From positions 31,992,001-32,056,000 of the forward strand of contig OX597829.1 in NCBI GenBank assembly GCA_951406725.2: DNA of 64,000 bases, read 5' to 3'. Shown piece after piece: positions 18,303-30,651 of the stretch; position 1 is the stretch's first letter, and each line of letters opens with the position of its first letter. The notes under the pieces were generated by a model. The model saw only the letters and a program-made list of their open reading frames with translations. It was not told the origin of the DNA and did no database searches. This DNA is from Octopus vulgaris (lineage: Eukaryota). The translations under genes were made by a program, and so were the position numbers.

Positions 18303-18492
18303 TTCTACCAAATATATACGTTTTATTTATTATTTTGCACATTTTTTAATCATTGGTATATGTTTTATCTTATATTTAATCTTTCTCTAAGATGTAATTT
18401 TTGTAAATGGTATAATTTAATTTTTTCATTAAGATTGTTATTTTTGTATTATCTGAAATAGAATACCCGCATATCGATTAATTCCCCAAAAT

Positions 18493-18523
<31 letters not shown>

Positions 18524-19041
18524 GCTTATATGCATTTATGTGTTTATATTTCTGAATATATTTCGATATATGTGAATATGTGTATCTAACCATCTGTATG
18601 TGTGTGTATATGTCAAGCCTAATTGTGTTTATCTCATCATTATCCATCCACACATGTATGTATGTATGTGTGTGTGTGTGTATGTATGTATGTACGTATG
18701 TATGTATGTGTGTGTGTATGTATGTATGTACGTATGTATGTATGTCTGTATGTATGTATGTTTGTATGTATGTGTGTATGTATGTGTGTGTATGTATGTA
18801 TGTATGTATGTGTATGTATGTATGTATGTATGTGTGTGTATGTATGTATGTATGTATGTATGATGGTGAGATTTTATTACGCTAACAGACTAATACAAAG
18901 ACAACAGAAAAAACAAATAAGTGGTATGCTAATTACCAATGCTTTTTACCTCTATTTGAACACTATGCTAACTTACACGAAGGGGATTTTACTTATCCCA
19001 TCAATTATTATACACATTCATTATTATATGCTTACATACAT

Positions 19042-19072
<31 letters not shown>

Positions 19073-19165
19073 ACATACATACATACATATATATATATAT
19101 ATGTATGTATATATATATGGGAGTCTGCATATGTATTTATATATATATATATATTTATATATATA

Positions 19166-19203
<38 letters not shown>

Positions 19204-19364
19204 ACAGTATTAATGAAATAGGAGATGGAATGTGTAATAGATTTTATTGAGTACAACATATGTTTCAACCCATTCTGGATAACAACAAGCAATCGAAACT
19301 GTACCAGTGCTGTACTCATCATCCATTTATACATTTTGTACAATTTCTCCATTATATATATATG

Positions 19365-19588
19365 AGCGTGGCCGTTCGCCAGCCTCGTCTGGCACCTGTG
19401 TCGGTGGCACATAAAATCACCCACTACACTCTCGGAGTGGTTGGCGTTAGGAAGGGCATCCAGCTGTAGAAACACTGCCAGATCTGACTGGCCTGGTGCA
19501 GCCTTCGGGCTCCCCAGACCCCAGTTGAACCGTCCAACCCATGCTAGCATGGAAAGCGGACGTTAAATGATGATGATGATGATGATGA
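19365..19588 (+). mobile_element. RTE-tail SINE-like element
   Basis: Near-identical reverse complement of 12700-12925, with a (gat)n tail. Confidence 0.85.
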
Positions 19589-20049
19589 TATATATATATA
19601 TATATGTTCTGTACTTAAACAGTATATCCTTTCTATGGTATATAACCTGACAGAAAGTTACAACTGTGTCTATTCCATATTTGGTTATGTTTCCCTATTA
19701 TTTCTGTTGTACATTAATAACATCCCTATTATGAATAATATACATTAAGGAGGTGTAGGTGATAGCTACATCTTTTGCAGGCAGATATTGTCCACATCTC
19801 CTGAAGAGAGATGCACACACATTGCACTTGGCAATATAAACAACTCAATATAAACGACCAGAAATACATAGCCTGTTTACAACTGGAGGTAAATATAGAG
19901 TCTTGGTTAGTTTGGTGGTGGTGGATTACAAAGGCAAATTTTAAAAATCCCAAGACTGAAAGAAGAGTTACCACCCCTTGGACAAGTCCAGCTGCAGCTA
20001 AAATTAAGTCAATTTGTGTATGTTTTGTTTCATTTTCTAGTTTGCAAAC

Positions 20050-20591
20050 AAGGAAGACTATGTTTCCAAACAAATTTTCTGTCATGGAGGCATCAGCTAC
20101 AAATTTCATCTTTTGAATTCAAGAAGCCACTCACAATATGTGAATTTTTAAGGATCATTGTCCTTTCTGCCAAGCAAAGGTTGTACTGTCTGCTTCCACT
20201 GATTTAAGGCCTAGGTTGTTCCAGTAGCTTCCAGTGTTGTGTGACATTTCCTCTTCTTTTAATTACTGTATAGCTGGATAATTATGTAATGCTGCCCATC
20301 TCTGCAATTCTAAAAGAGGTCCTGTGATTATTTAGCCTGGCCTTGAAAGGGCCTTCTGTTGTTCCAACATGTTTCAGTGTGTGCATCCTTTCATTGCTGC
20401 TGCTACAGCTGGACATCACCTCTGCTTTGTAGACTACAGCCTCATTATTGCATTGACCATTCACTGAGTACTCACTGCTTACCTCTGTATGTATTCTGCC
20501 TCAGCACAAGGTTTTGGGGTGTTTAGCAGAGGCAGGATACTCATACAGGATTGGCAGTGAGTACCCAGTAAATGGTCAATATAACAATGAG
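20050..20591 (-). mobile_element. Penelope-like element, GIY-YIG endonuclease remnant with 5' inverted segment
   Basis: NGQCNNEAVVYKAEV...HVGTTEGPFKARLNNHRTSFR...NLCLAERTMIL. Bases 20441-20591 form a hairpin. Confidence 0.85.
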
Positions 20592-20937
20592 CATCCCAAC
20601 TTTTTTAAGGCAAAGTATGTATGAGGCAACATTAATCATTGTGTTCTATTTTAAAAAAAGGTAGCATGCAATTTGAGGGAAATTTGACTTATTTCTTGGT
20701 TAATCAACCATATACAGTTCATTTGAAACTAAATCTAGATTTGTTATACATTTTTAAACATCACTTTCACTTTGCCAAACTGTAGCTGATATGGAAGAAA
20801 TTTTTATTTCTGCAACACACTTGTTTTCATTGGTCATATAGTTATAAGTGGACATAGAGACTCTATTGGTCCTCTTACTTTTGACCTAATAAAACATCCA
20901 GGCTATAACTGAGAGAGAGAGGGGAGAGAGAGAGAGG

Positions 20938-20975
<38 letters not shown>

Positions 20976-21521
20976 ACTGGGATTTTTGTCCCTGAAAAGA
21001 TGAAAGGAAAAATTGATCTTGTTAGGATTTGAAATTAGAACACAGATTTTATCCAACACTCTAATGATTTTGTTAGCTGATCAACTTACAAATCTATCCA
21101 CTTGATGTGAATATGCTGCTTAAAACATCTATAGTTTTCTGCTCTCCGTTGTTTATCAACTTTTCTTCAGAGTTGATAAACATACCCAGCTTTAAAGTTT
21201 GGGTACACCAGGCAGTTTTTGGAGGAATACATGTATAGGGATTCTCAATGCTAATCTATATGTGTTATAAATGTAGAGGCCACAGTGCATCGATTTTTCT
21301 TGAATACTTATAATACTGTTAACATAGCCCTACTAAATATTAGTATTTGAGTGATATCAGCACTTGATTTAAAGAAAAGGAACTACATCTCTCTCTCTCT
21401 CTCTCATGAAAAAAACCAATATAATTCCTATTAAGAAAAGATAGTTTATATCAAAGTTAGCAGAAATTTTTTTAAAAAAGCTACAGGCAAAGCAAGGGAA
21501 TAATTTTATCATTTGGCTTAC

Positions 21522-21656
21522 TTCTTTCACATCTTTTTCCATAATAACCAGTAGCAATGCATTCGCATTTAAATGTTCGTCTTCCACCTGGACGTTTTAT
21601 TTGACAACATCTTCCACCATGTTTACATCTTCCTTTTGGACACAACCAGTCTTCAC
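21522..21656 (-). CDS. EGF-like domain exon of small CRIM1-motif/EGF protein
   Basis: tttcag acceptor and A|gtaagc donor; 135 nt, symmetric phase 1-1. Translates (G)EDWLCPKGRCKHGGRCCQIKRPGGRRTFKCECIATGYYGKRCER with EGF C..CxHGGxC..CxC..GYxGxxC spacing. Confidence 0.92.
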
Positions 21657-21799
21657 CTGAAATTTGAAAGACAAAAATGAGATACGTAGAAGTTTAAAAC
21701 TTCATTTGTTAACTTAGACAAATTGCATTTCTGTAACTAAAACAGTTTTTATTTGAATATTCTGTTGATTAAAATACCCTTTTGTTTAATATGCCAAGA

Positions 21800-22918
21800 A
21801 TGACAAACACACTTAACTGTCTACAATCCTCTCTACCTTGCTGTAAGTAGGTACCAGTCTGGTATTGTTCACTGTACAGTGTCCATGACCATCACATTTA
21901 ACTTTCCACAGTCCAGTCTACTTAGTGGAAATTAGGTACCACCATGTGGTATAGTTCACTGTACTGTGTCCATTACCAACATGCTTAACTGTCAACAGTC
22001 CAGTCTACCTATCTGTGAGTAGGTACCACAGTGTGGTATTGTTCACTGTACAGTATCCATGACCAACACACTTAACTTTCCACAGTTTAGTCTACTTAGT
22101 GGAAAGTAGGCACCACTGTGTGGTATAGTTCACTGTACTGTATCCATGACCAACACACTTAACTATCAACAGTCCAGTCTTCCTAGCTGGAAATAGCTAC
22201 CACAGTGTGGTATAGTTCATTCAATTGCGTCCATGATGAACACACTTAAATGTTAAAAGTTAAGTCTACTTAGTTCTAAGTAGGAACCAGAATGTGGTAT
22301 AGTTTACAGTACTGTATCCATGACCAACACATTTAGATGTCAAGAATCCAGTCAACTTAGCTGTAAGTAGATGCCACAGTGTGATAAAGTTAACTATACT
22401 GAGCCTGTGACCAATGCACTTAACTGTCAACAGTCCAGTGTAGCTGGCTGTAAATAGGTACCACAGTGTGGTATACTTCACTGTACTATATCTATGACCA
22501 AGACACTTAACTGTCTACACTCCAGTCTACCTAGCTGTAAAATGATACCACAGTGTGGTATAGTTCAATGTACTGTGTCCATGAAAAACACACTTACATG
22601 TGAACAGTCCAGCTTACCTGGCTGTAAGTAGGTACCACAGTGTAATATAATTCTCTATACTATGTTGTCCATGACCAACACACACAATTGTCAACAGTCC
22701 AGTCTACTTAGCTATAAGTAGGTACTACAGTGTGGTATACTTCCCTGTAGCGTTTCTATGACCAACACATTTAAGTGTCCAAAGTCCAGTCTACCTAGTT
22801 GAATGTAGTCTCCACAGTGTGTTATATTTCACTGTACTGTGTCCATGAAGAATTCACTTATCTGTCAACAGTCCAGTCTACTTAGTTGTAAGTAGGTACC
22901 ACCGTGCAATATAGTTTA
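21800..22918. repeat. 87-bp minisatellite, ~13 diverged copies
   Basis: Homologous positions at 22061, 22148, 22235 and 22322 (period 87). Consensus acacttaactgtcaacagtccagtctacctagctgtaagtaggtaccacagtgtggtatagttcactgtactgtgtccatgaccaac. Confidence 0.93.
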
Positions 22919-24370
22919 TTCTCATACTTTCTTCAATGACTAAAGATTTATCTCAGTCCCAAGGCACAATTTTAGCCTACTTCTAGACTACTCAATGAAG
23001 ATTTTGTTGATATTCCAAAAGTTTTTCCAACAGATTATTGGAACCAGCTATATTGTTTCAAATTGCAGCAATCCTTACTTTCGCCAAATTCAGTCTATAG
23101 TTACAACAAAATGGGCCATGTATACATCTGCCATCCATGGAAACCCTTGGCAGATGTATTACTAATATAATTGTCTTACCTGGTGTGCTGTGCAAGATCG
23201 CCTCAGTGACAGAAACAAATCTTGATGATAATTTTATATTCAAAGGAAAAAAGAATATTTCTCAGCGGAACAACAAGAGCAACATTAAACCAAGAATTAA
23301 ACAGTGGAGACATTTCTGATGTTCAGTACGTTGTGGGTGGAGCAGATTCACATCAAAGAGTAAGGATCTACTAGACTGCTATCCAGGTAATATCATCCAT
23401 AGATGAAGGGCTATCACAATGAACATTGCATATCAGTGTTGTAGCTTACTTGTGATCATGAACTGATAATTTTGTTGTTGGGGTTCAAATTCCTACAAGT
23501 GCAATACATTTTATGCTGCAACATGGGGAAATATTGAATATTTCTTAGACATGTTTTCATCAATAAAATCCTTAGAAAGCATTGATTTTGATTCCGTTCA
23601 TGAGGAAATCGTTGATTACTGTTTCTTCTCTATTTGCGCAATGTACATTTGCATTTTAGGTAACAAGTTAGAAGCTTACTTTCTTTCATTTTGTATTTGT
23701 TTTCTAAAGTTCAATTTGCTTATCTGTAGAAGAATTTTTAGTGCGTCAGACAAAAATGTTTAGCGGTATTTCTCAGGCTCTTTTCGTTCAGAGTGCAAAT
23801 CCGGCCTAAGTCAACTTAACCTTTTACTCTTCAAGTGTCGTTAGTAATCAAGTACTGGACCAATGCAATCGATTTGTTCCCTACCCTCAAAACTGCCAGC
23901 CTTGTACCGAATTTCTCATTTTGTGAAGTCTTCTTCGATATAGTGCTTAGTACCAAATGAAAGCTGATCGAGCAGGCGTTATGACCAAAGAATTCTGATA
24001 ACCGACTCTTTTTATTAAGATTATGTATAACTACATGAGCTATTACATCTGTTCATTTTCTTTTATTTTTGGAGCAAAGTGTATATTAGACAACACTATT
24101 CATTGTGTCCTCCTTTTTAAGATGACAGTGTAGTTTGAGAGAGATTTGACTGCTATTTCTAGCAGGTCGAATATCTTCAGTGTCTTTACACCCATAAAAG
24201 TAAATTTGCATTACTCAGCTGATGTCACTTCCGGCTCCTTTGTTTAACAGGTATGTAAGTTCCATCCGACTGGGCTCTGAGTACCACTTGACAATCTGTG
24301 TGATACCATGAAGCTGGAACTGTTGTGCTTGAGCAAATCCACATCACCATTCAGAAGAAAAGAATGGTTT

Positions 24371-24505
24371 CCTTTTCGGATACGGAGATTCCGAAAAATT
24401 GCCAAAAATCGAAATTTTGTCATCTTTTTACACCCCCTTACTCCTTCCCCCAACAATTTCTTCATTTTTCACTTTTTCCGCAACCATAACCCTAAAACCT
24501 TAACA
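24371..24505 (+). repeat. Dispersed repeat ending in degenerate (TAACCC)n
   Basis: ccttttcggatacggagattccg...aaccctaaaacct; an inverted homologue lies at 28393-28583. Confidence 0.75.
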
Positions 24506-25565
24506 CCCTCTGAACGTCTCAAACGCTACAGGTTGGAAAAAATAGGGATCTTTTCCTTTTGAAGGCCAGATTTCAACACAATTTCTAGTTAACTAAACAC
24601 TTAAAAACTTCGTATACTGGTAGAATGTGTCAAAAGAAAACATTTTTACTTGGCTTTCTTGATAAATTTGTAATTCGTTTGTTTAACGTAGTTTAATTTT
24701 TCGAATTTTAACCAATCCTATGCTCTCTTTTGAGCTAAAATCATTTGCTGCGTCTAAAACTGAGACAACATCCTGTAACTAACCTTCCCCCTCCCCCTAA
24801 CCCTAAATTTTTTTCTTAATTGTTAAATTAATTTAATTGTTACGCGTGTAAAAAAAACTAAAGCAATGGAAAATAATTTAAACAATTAACATACAAAATA
24901 ATTCTATAATTTTTATACACACGCTTTCCGTAAGCGTGTATAAAAATTATAGAATTATTTTGTATGTTAATTGTTTAAATTATTTTCCATTGCTTTAGTT
25001 TTTTTTACACGCGTAACAATTAAATTAATTTAACAATTAAGAAAAAAATTTAGGGTTAGGGGAGGGGAAGGTTAGTTACAGGATGTTGTCTCAGTTTTAG
25101 ACGCAGCAAATGATTTTAGCTCAAAAGAGAGCATAGGATTAGTTAAAATTCGAAAAATTAAACTACGTTAAACAAACGAATTACAAATTTATCAAGAAAG
25201 CCAAGTAAAAATGTTTTCTTTTGACACATTCTACCAGTATACGAAGTTTTTAAGTGTTTAGTTAACTAGAAATTGTGTTGAATTCTGGCCTTCAAAAGGA
25301 AAAGATCCAAAAATAGTTCGCTGTCAGGTCGCGATACTTCAGGGTTTTCTTCCGTTCGTTTACGAAAGCAGTAACCTTCCAATTAACTGCAGCATCCAGG
25401 ATGTGGGAGGGAGCAAAGGAGTCGAAGACTGTGATGTCTCAAATGAGTTACCTGCGGCAGTAAAGGACATGGATGACCCCAACGGCTCCAGAACTGAGGG
25501 GATATCAATCTGAGCCAGGGCCCGCTTAATGATTAGGTTTAGCTAAGTGTGACGAGCGAATCGTC
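24506..25565 (-). mobile_element. Restriction-like-endonuclease LINE (CRE-like) C-terminal remnant, split by a fold-back element
   Basis: RHT*LNLIIKRALAQIDIPSVLEP...DITVFDSFAPS...ERKKTLKYRDL continues across the insertion as YFFQPVAFETFRG. Confidence 0.7.
24546..25308. mobile_element. Fold-back non-autonomous DNA transposon (763 bp)
   Basis: GGATC...GATCC ends, the entire element palindromic (centre ~24927), 8-bp TSD aaaaatag at 24538-24545 and 25309-25316. Confidence 0.92.
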
Positions 25566-26548
25566 TCCCTAATCTATTTTCAAATATTGCTAGTTTTGTC
25601 TCCCATATGTCTGTTCGGACACCGAAAATAGCCAAGAATCCCGCAGTGTTTATTTATACTTTCGTTGGCAATAATTTCGCCCCCAAATACTAAATTTCTC
25701 TAACAGTATAACACTAACACTGTTGTCAAAAATAAATGAAGTCAAATATTTTATGCTGTATTCGTGGGGCTTCAAAAGTTTAAAAATTTGCCATCACGAC
25801 GTATCAGACGTTTTTCTATATTCTGTTCTTCAACTTTCAAAACTTATGCTGCTACGTTTTAAATGTTCCTTTATGAACAAGAGAAAGGTAATTTTTTTTT
25901 TTCATTTTAATTACTGCTTTGCATCCGTTTCTTAGTTACAACCTTGAAAAATCGTTTTTTATTTAATCAATAGAAACTCAATAATAAATTGTTACAATAT
26001 TATTTTACTCGAATTAGTAGAAAGTCTTGGAGTGCTGGGAAACCTCTCTAATGACTTTTGAGGCACGCCTGCCCGCTTGTAGCGCTGCCGTGGGTGTGGC
26101 AAGGTGATTCGCTGGAGCAACCAGGTGCCATCACGACGAGCTTCATTAGTTACCTCTGCTATATTAAAATGTTTATCATTCAAGAGTGGAATTTGAAAAA
26201 AAGGTATCGTAGAAATGATTGGGTTAAGTATATGTTGTATTCGTAAGGCTTCTAAATTTTGTCTTAAATATTTGCCATCTCGAAGTAGCAGGGGTTTCTC
26301 TATATTTTTCAGCTATATTAAAATGTTTGTCACTAAGTTGATACTGTTACGACATGACATTTACTCTAAGCCTCAGTTGTCCTAGCTTCTTTTCTGTTAG
26401 AATTTCCGTCGGTTTAGCTACGCTTTACAATCACGTACGTAATTAACGGGTCGATCTGGTTGTGTTGCAAATTTTTGAGCAGATTTTGTATTGTCAAGAG
26501 TGGAATTTGCTAAAAACAGCATGAACCACAATAGCGTACAGTTGATCT

Positions 26549-27620
26549 ATTGGGTTGAGTCATAATTTCCGGTCTTGCTAAACACTTTTACTCATGAAAA
26601 ATTTTACAAAGAAATATTTTCAATTATCAGTATAGTTACCATTATTTTGAGTGACCACTTAGGTAGCTTCTTGATGATCCTCACGCAAAATTCAGCTAGC
26701 TTCGACATGAAACTTTTTCACAACGTTTTCGTGTGATAGACTTGAGAAAATATTTTTATCAGAGCATTTTGTTGAGATCGAAAAAGATGGAAATTAGTTG
26801 GTGCAAGGTTTGGTGACAATGATGGACCCTGCATAATTCTGGCTGACAGTAGTCTTGCGTTATCATGGTGAAACACAATGCTTCTCCTATTGACGAATGC
26901 AGGGCGTTTTCTTGAAAGATTTTCATGCACACGTTGTAGTTGTTGAGAGTATGTTGACATTCAGTGTTTGATTGTGGCTTCAAAACTCAAAATGAATAAT
27001 GCTGCAGTGATCCCACCATGCACACAGTATAATCTTCCTTCCATGGAAGTCAGTTTTTGAGGTATGTTGTAGAGATTTATCCTTATCAAACTTCAATACC
27101 TTTCGCATTGAACGTTGTCATAAAAGATCCATTTTTCACCACCTGCAATATTATTGAGAAACGGGTCATTTCTCTGTCTTGAAAGAAGATTTATCGCTAT
27201 GGACAAGCGATCTTCCCTATTCTTACAAGTATAGGGAACCCAAGCACCCAGCTTACTGACTTCTATTTTCAAGTGGCAGCAGATAGTGGATTAAGATGTG
27301 TTTTAGTTAATTGCTAATTCCTGAGTACTTTTCTGAGGAGTGAATTTCAATAATTCTCTTAAAGCATCCTCATCGATGATCGTCCTGGTCCGATTTGATC
27401 TCTCGGTGACAAATATGCGGAATGAAACTTTGAAAACCAATTTCAAACTTGACGGTCAGTAATGACACCTTGGCCATTAAAACTGCATATTTTCTCAGCT
27501 GTTTCTGTAGCATTTTTTCCATTCTTAAACTCCCACAACATCAACATGTCAAATATACACATCCATTTTAGGGAAGTGAAATTTTAATATAAAGCTATGA
27601 TGTGCTGCTTAAATATGAGT
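26549..27620 (-). mobile_element. Decayed mariner element
   Basis: GEKWIFYDN, CAWWD, VFHHDNAR and SPNLAPTNFHLFRS motifs; TIR-like end tattgggttgagtcataatttcc. Confidence 0.85.
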
Positions 27621-28392
27621 GACAGACGAGGCTCTTTCAAAAGCATTCGTTTCAATTTTAAAACATCTGATGTTTGAAATGCGTTGTTAAAATTTACTTC
27701 CAAATACTGGAAACTATAATTCAATCCAATGCATTGTTTGTTCGTTCAATTAACATACGTTGATGCCTTTCTTTTCTGTTAAGTACTTCTTGTCTATTTT
27801 GTCACTTACATGAATGCATTTGATAAAGTGCTAGATTCTTTTTTTGTTTTGGACAAATAGAAAAATCATGATTATTCGCGAGTATGCTTAAAAATATACT
27901 AAATATTTTTTTAGTGAATACACACCGAGGTCGACTTAGAAATTTGTTGATGTTACACTGTCTTTTCTTTGGTGCCATTGGCTTTAATTTTAAGCAGCAA
28001 TGTGAAAGAATTAATCATTATCAATCGGTTACTGTCTTCTATTTTTCATTTTGTGTGAGGTGTATGTTTAGGATATGTTATCTAATGTCCCTAATATTTC
28101 GGCTTTTTGGTACCAGTGAATGTCTAGTATCGATGTTGTCATGTTTGATGTTCTGGCAGATGCAGAAAAAGTCACTGGTCTGAGTGAATCACATGGCTAA
28201 ATCACTTGTGCCTGACTACATAAATTGTCCATTAGATTTTCTAGATAACATTCTATGCAGGAATAGAAATATAATTAAATCCCACTCCACCCTAAATTCT
28301 TCAGTTTTAACTTTTTTCAGATTTTTTTTGTCAAAATATGCGGAAAAATATGGAGATTATGATTCTGAAAAAAATTCCAAAAGTTTTTCTAC

Positions 28393-28583
28393 TTAGGGTT
28401 AGGGTTTTAGTGTTAGGGTGTTAAGCTTTTAGGGTTACGGTTAGGGTTAAGGTTCGGATTTTAGGGTTAGGGTTACGGAAAAAGTGAAAAATGAAGAAAT
28501 TGTGGCGGGAAGGAGTAAGGAGTGTAAAAAATTTCAAAATTCCGATTTTTGGCAATTTTCCGGAATCTCCGTATCCGAAAAGG
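28393..28583 (-). repeat. Dispersed repeat with degenerate (TTAGGG)n
   Basis: Inverted homologue of 24371-24505 with a longer ttaggg/ttacgg run. Confidence 0.75.
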
Positions 28584-28669
28584 TTGGGTTTTGGCAAAAA
28601 AATTTTTTTAAATAATGCTTTGCGAGAAAATGGGTGGTGGTGGGGGTGAGGACGGTAGGAAGTCTTTCC

Positions 28670-28707
<38 letters not shown>

Positions 28708-28754
28708 TCGAAAAATGCTTTAGGAATGAGAACCCAGTTTCAAAATTTCCCCAA

Positions 28755-28800
28755 GACACCTGATGAAGGCTGGAAGGTATATCAGCCGAAACACTGTGTC
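28755..28800 (+). ncRNA. Minimal type I hammerhead ribozyme with degenerate cleavage site
   Basis: gacac CTGATGA a ggctg..cagcc GAAA cact gtgtc. Stems I and II pair, but the NUH triplet is lost. Confidence 0.6.
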
Positions 28801-29544
28801 AACAACAATCGAACAGAGTCAATACTATTGAAAAGGCTGCAAGACGCAACGAAAATTTTAGGAAAATAAATATAAGGAATAAGTGGAAATTTTACCGGTG
28901 CGTGTGTAAAATTATAAGGCACAAAAAGAAAATGACTCTCCTCAGACACAACCTTCCTGCAAAAATGAATGAAAATATTTCTCCTCTTGAAATAATTTGC
29001 TTCCACTTTTTTTCCTATATAATGTTGGACAAGTTCAAAAATTTCGAGCACTCTTCATTTTATGGTAAAGTATGGCAATGTCTTTTTTTCAATCCTTACT
29101 ATCTACTGAACTTGGCTCATTGCTCTGCGAAACAGTGCTTTAGAGTAATAATAATCGATGTTCAAATATAGTTTCAGTCTGTATCTGGTTAATGTTGGAT
29201 TGTAAGCTGCTTTCTTTTGGTGAAAATGAAAGACTGCTACCTTTTGTTCTTGCGTGTCTGGTTGGACACTGAAAATAGCTGACTACATAATTTGTCCATC
29301 AGATTTTCTAGCTAACATTCTATGCAGGAATAGAAATATTATTTCTAAGTCCCTGTAAAGAAGACTACGGCAGCGGTACTGGATATTAATAGTTATCGCC
29401 AAGCTAATATCGCAGTCCATAAATATAGGACGAAAGCTGCCGTTGATTAGCCCCAAGAGGCTATCGCCTCTAGCTAGTTACATGACAAACGAACCTGTGT
29501 CCATTATAACCTTCGAACAGGGGAGGTCAGCCGCTTCCCCTTAC

Positions 29545-29990
29545 TGGTCAGACATCTGCAGACATGTTCAATATCGAGCTTGGAATCTCGAATCTAAATA
29601 AAATCTGCGCCCTTTTGGCCAAGCAAAGCATACATCTATCTGATCCATTCATATATGGTTTAGACATTTCTATTATTCTCCATTTGGTCACATATGGTAC
29701 ATTTTTCTCTTTCATGGCGCAAATGTGGCTCGCCAACTTTGTGGTTTTGCTTTTCTGTGGCGGAATGATGCCATGTGGTTGGCGGGGGTATTTAAAAAAA
29801 AAATTCTTTCACATAATCCGACGTATGTTCTTTTATCGGTTGTGTCACTGCTATTAAGGGTTGCCGAGACCTCTGCTCCATATATAATGAACTTCGTCAT
29901 ACACTGCTGGTCCAGCGGACAGGATTCCGCATTGTGACAATTGCAACCTGATTCAGTTTCCTGTTGGTTCTTGCGGGTGATAATACTTTA
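29545..29990 (-). mobile_element. Penelope-like GIY-YIG endonuclease remnant
   Basis: GCNCHNAESCPLDQQCMTKFIIYGAEV...TYVGLCE...KWRIIEMSKPYMNGSDRCMLCLAKR, with frameshifts. Confidence 0.88.
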
Positions 29991-30510
29991 TATACTTGAG
30001 TGATTATGTAGGAGGGTCAGGAATTTTCTATCTACCTATTTATATATATATATAGAGAGAGAGAGAAATAAAATCATGTATCAGGTCGTTCACGATGGCT
30101 AAATCGTTAGCGACTAATCTGGCACTGCTTGGTGAGGAGGTGGCTAGTCTACCTTTTCATTTTAGGTTTAGTAATCAATCTTTTGGAATTAAATAAAAGA
30201 CATAACTGCGCTGAAGCAAAGCTTTTATCACTCTTAACTCTCTGCTTATTTCCCGAACAGCTTCTATGGCTAGATTTATTTAGAACGTGTTAAAGGTGCT
30301 GCCTTAATATACTCTAGGTTCTAAGAAAGAAAATTTTTAAAAAAAGTAATTTTGAAGCAGGCATAGTTAGTTTGTTTCGTACTCATGCGATTCTGTGTTC
30401 GATTCCATTGCGTTTTCGCAAACAATTTATCCTTTATACATTTTTAAAATCTCTTTTGAAACCTTGTTTTTGAGCGATTAGGAGAAACTGAAATTAACAA
30501 TAATTCTTAC

Positions 30511-30651
30511 CTTTTAAATCCCGTTCACATTTAGCACGATTGCTATACGTAAATGGGTTGATGTTATCAGAGACTTTGCTACAAACGCAACGGCCATTTT
30601 GGATGTTACATCCTTTGAATTGGATTTTGAAGCTTTGAATAATAGTGATGG
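30511..30651 (-). CDS. CRIM1-like Cys-motif exon of small CRIM1-motif/EGF protein
   Basis: ttttattttcag acceptor and AAG|gtaaga donor; 141 nt, phase 1-1, open. Translates xITIIQSFKIQFKGCNIQNGRCVCSKVSDNINPFTYSNRAKCERDLK(G) and joins in frame to the EGF exon. Confidence 0.88.

Noticed and set aside
19729-20116. 126-aa and 101-aa overlapping ORFs as an extra exon or gene
   Set aside because: They overlap the Penelope remnant's 3' region with no recognisable domain. The acceptor near 19801 gives only RDVDNICLQKM* in phase 1, a poorer fit than 11441.
21369-21587. ORF-track peptide MEDEHLNANALL...
   Set aside because: Wrong-frame read of the EGF exon running on into the intron.
21800-22918. CRISPR array or C2H2 zinc-finger array
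   Set aside because: The whole unit repeats with no unique spacers, there are no cas genes, and the context is eukaryotic. The period is 87 rather than 84, with no CxxC..HxxxH motif and stops in all consensus frames.
28393-28480. True telomere or fusion site
   Set aside because: Short, degenerate, and part of a dispersed repeat also present at 24371.
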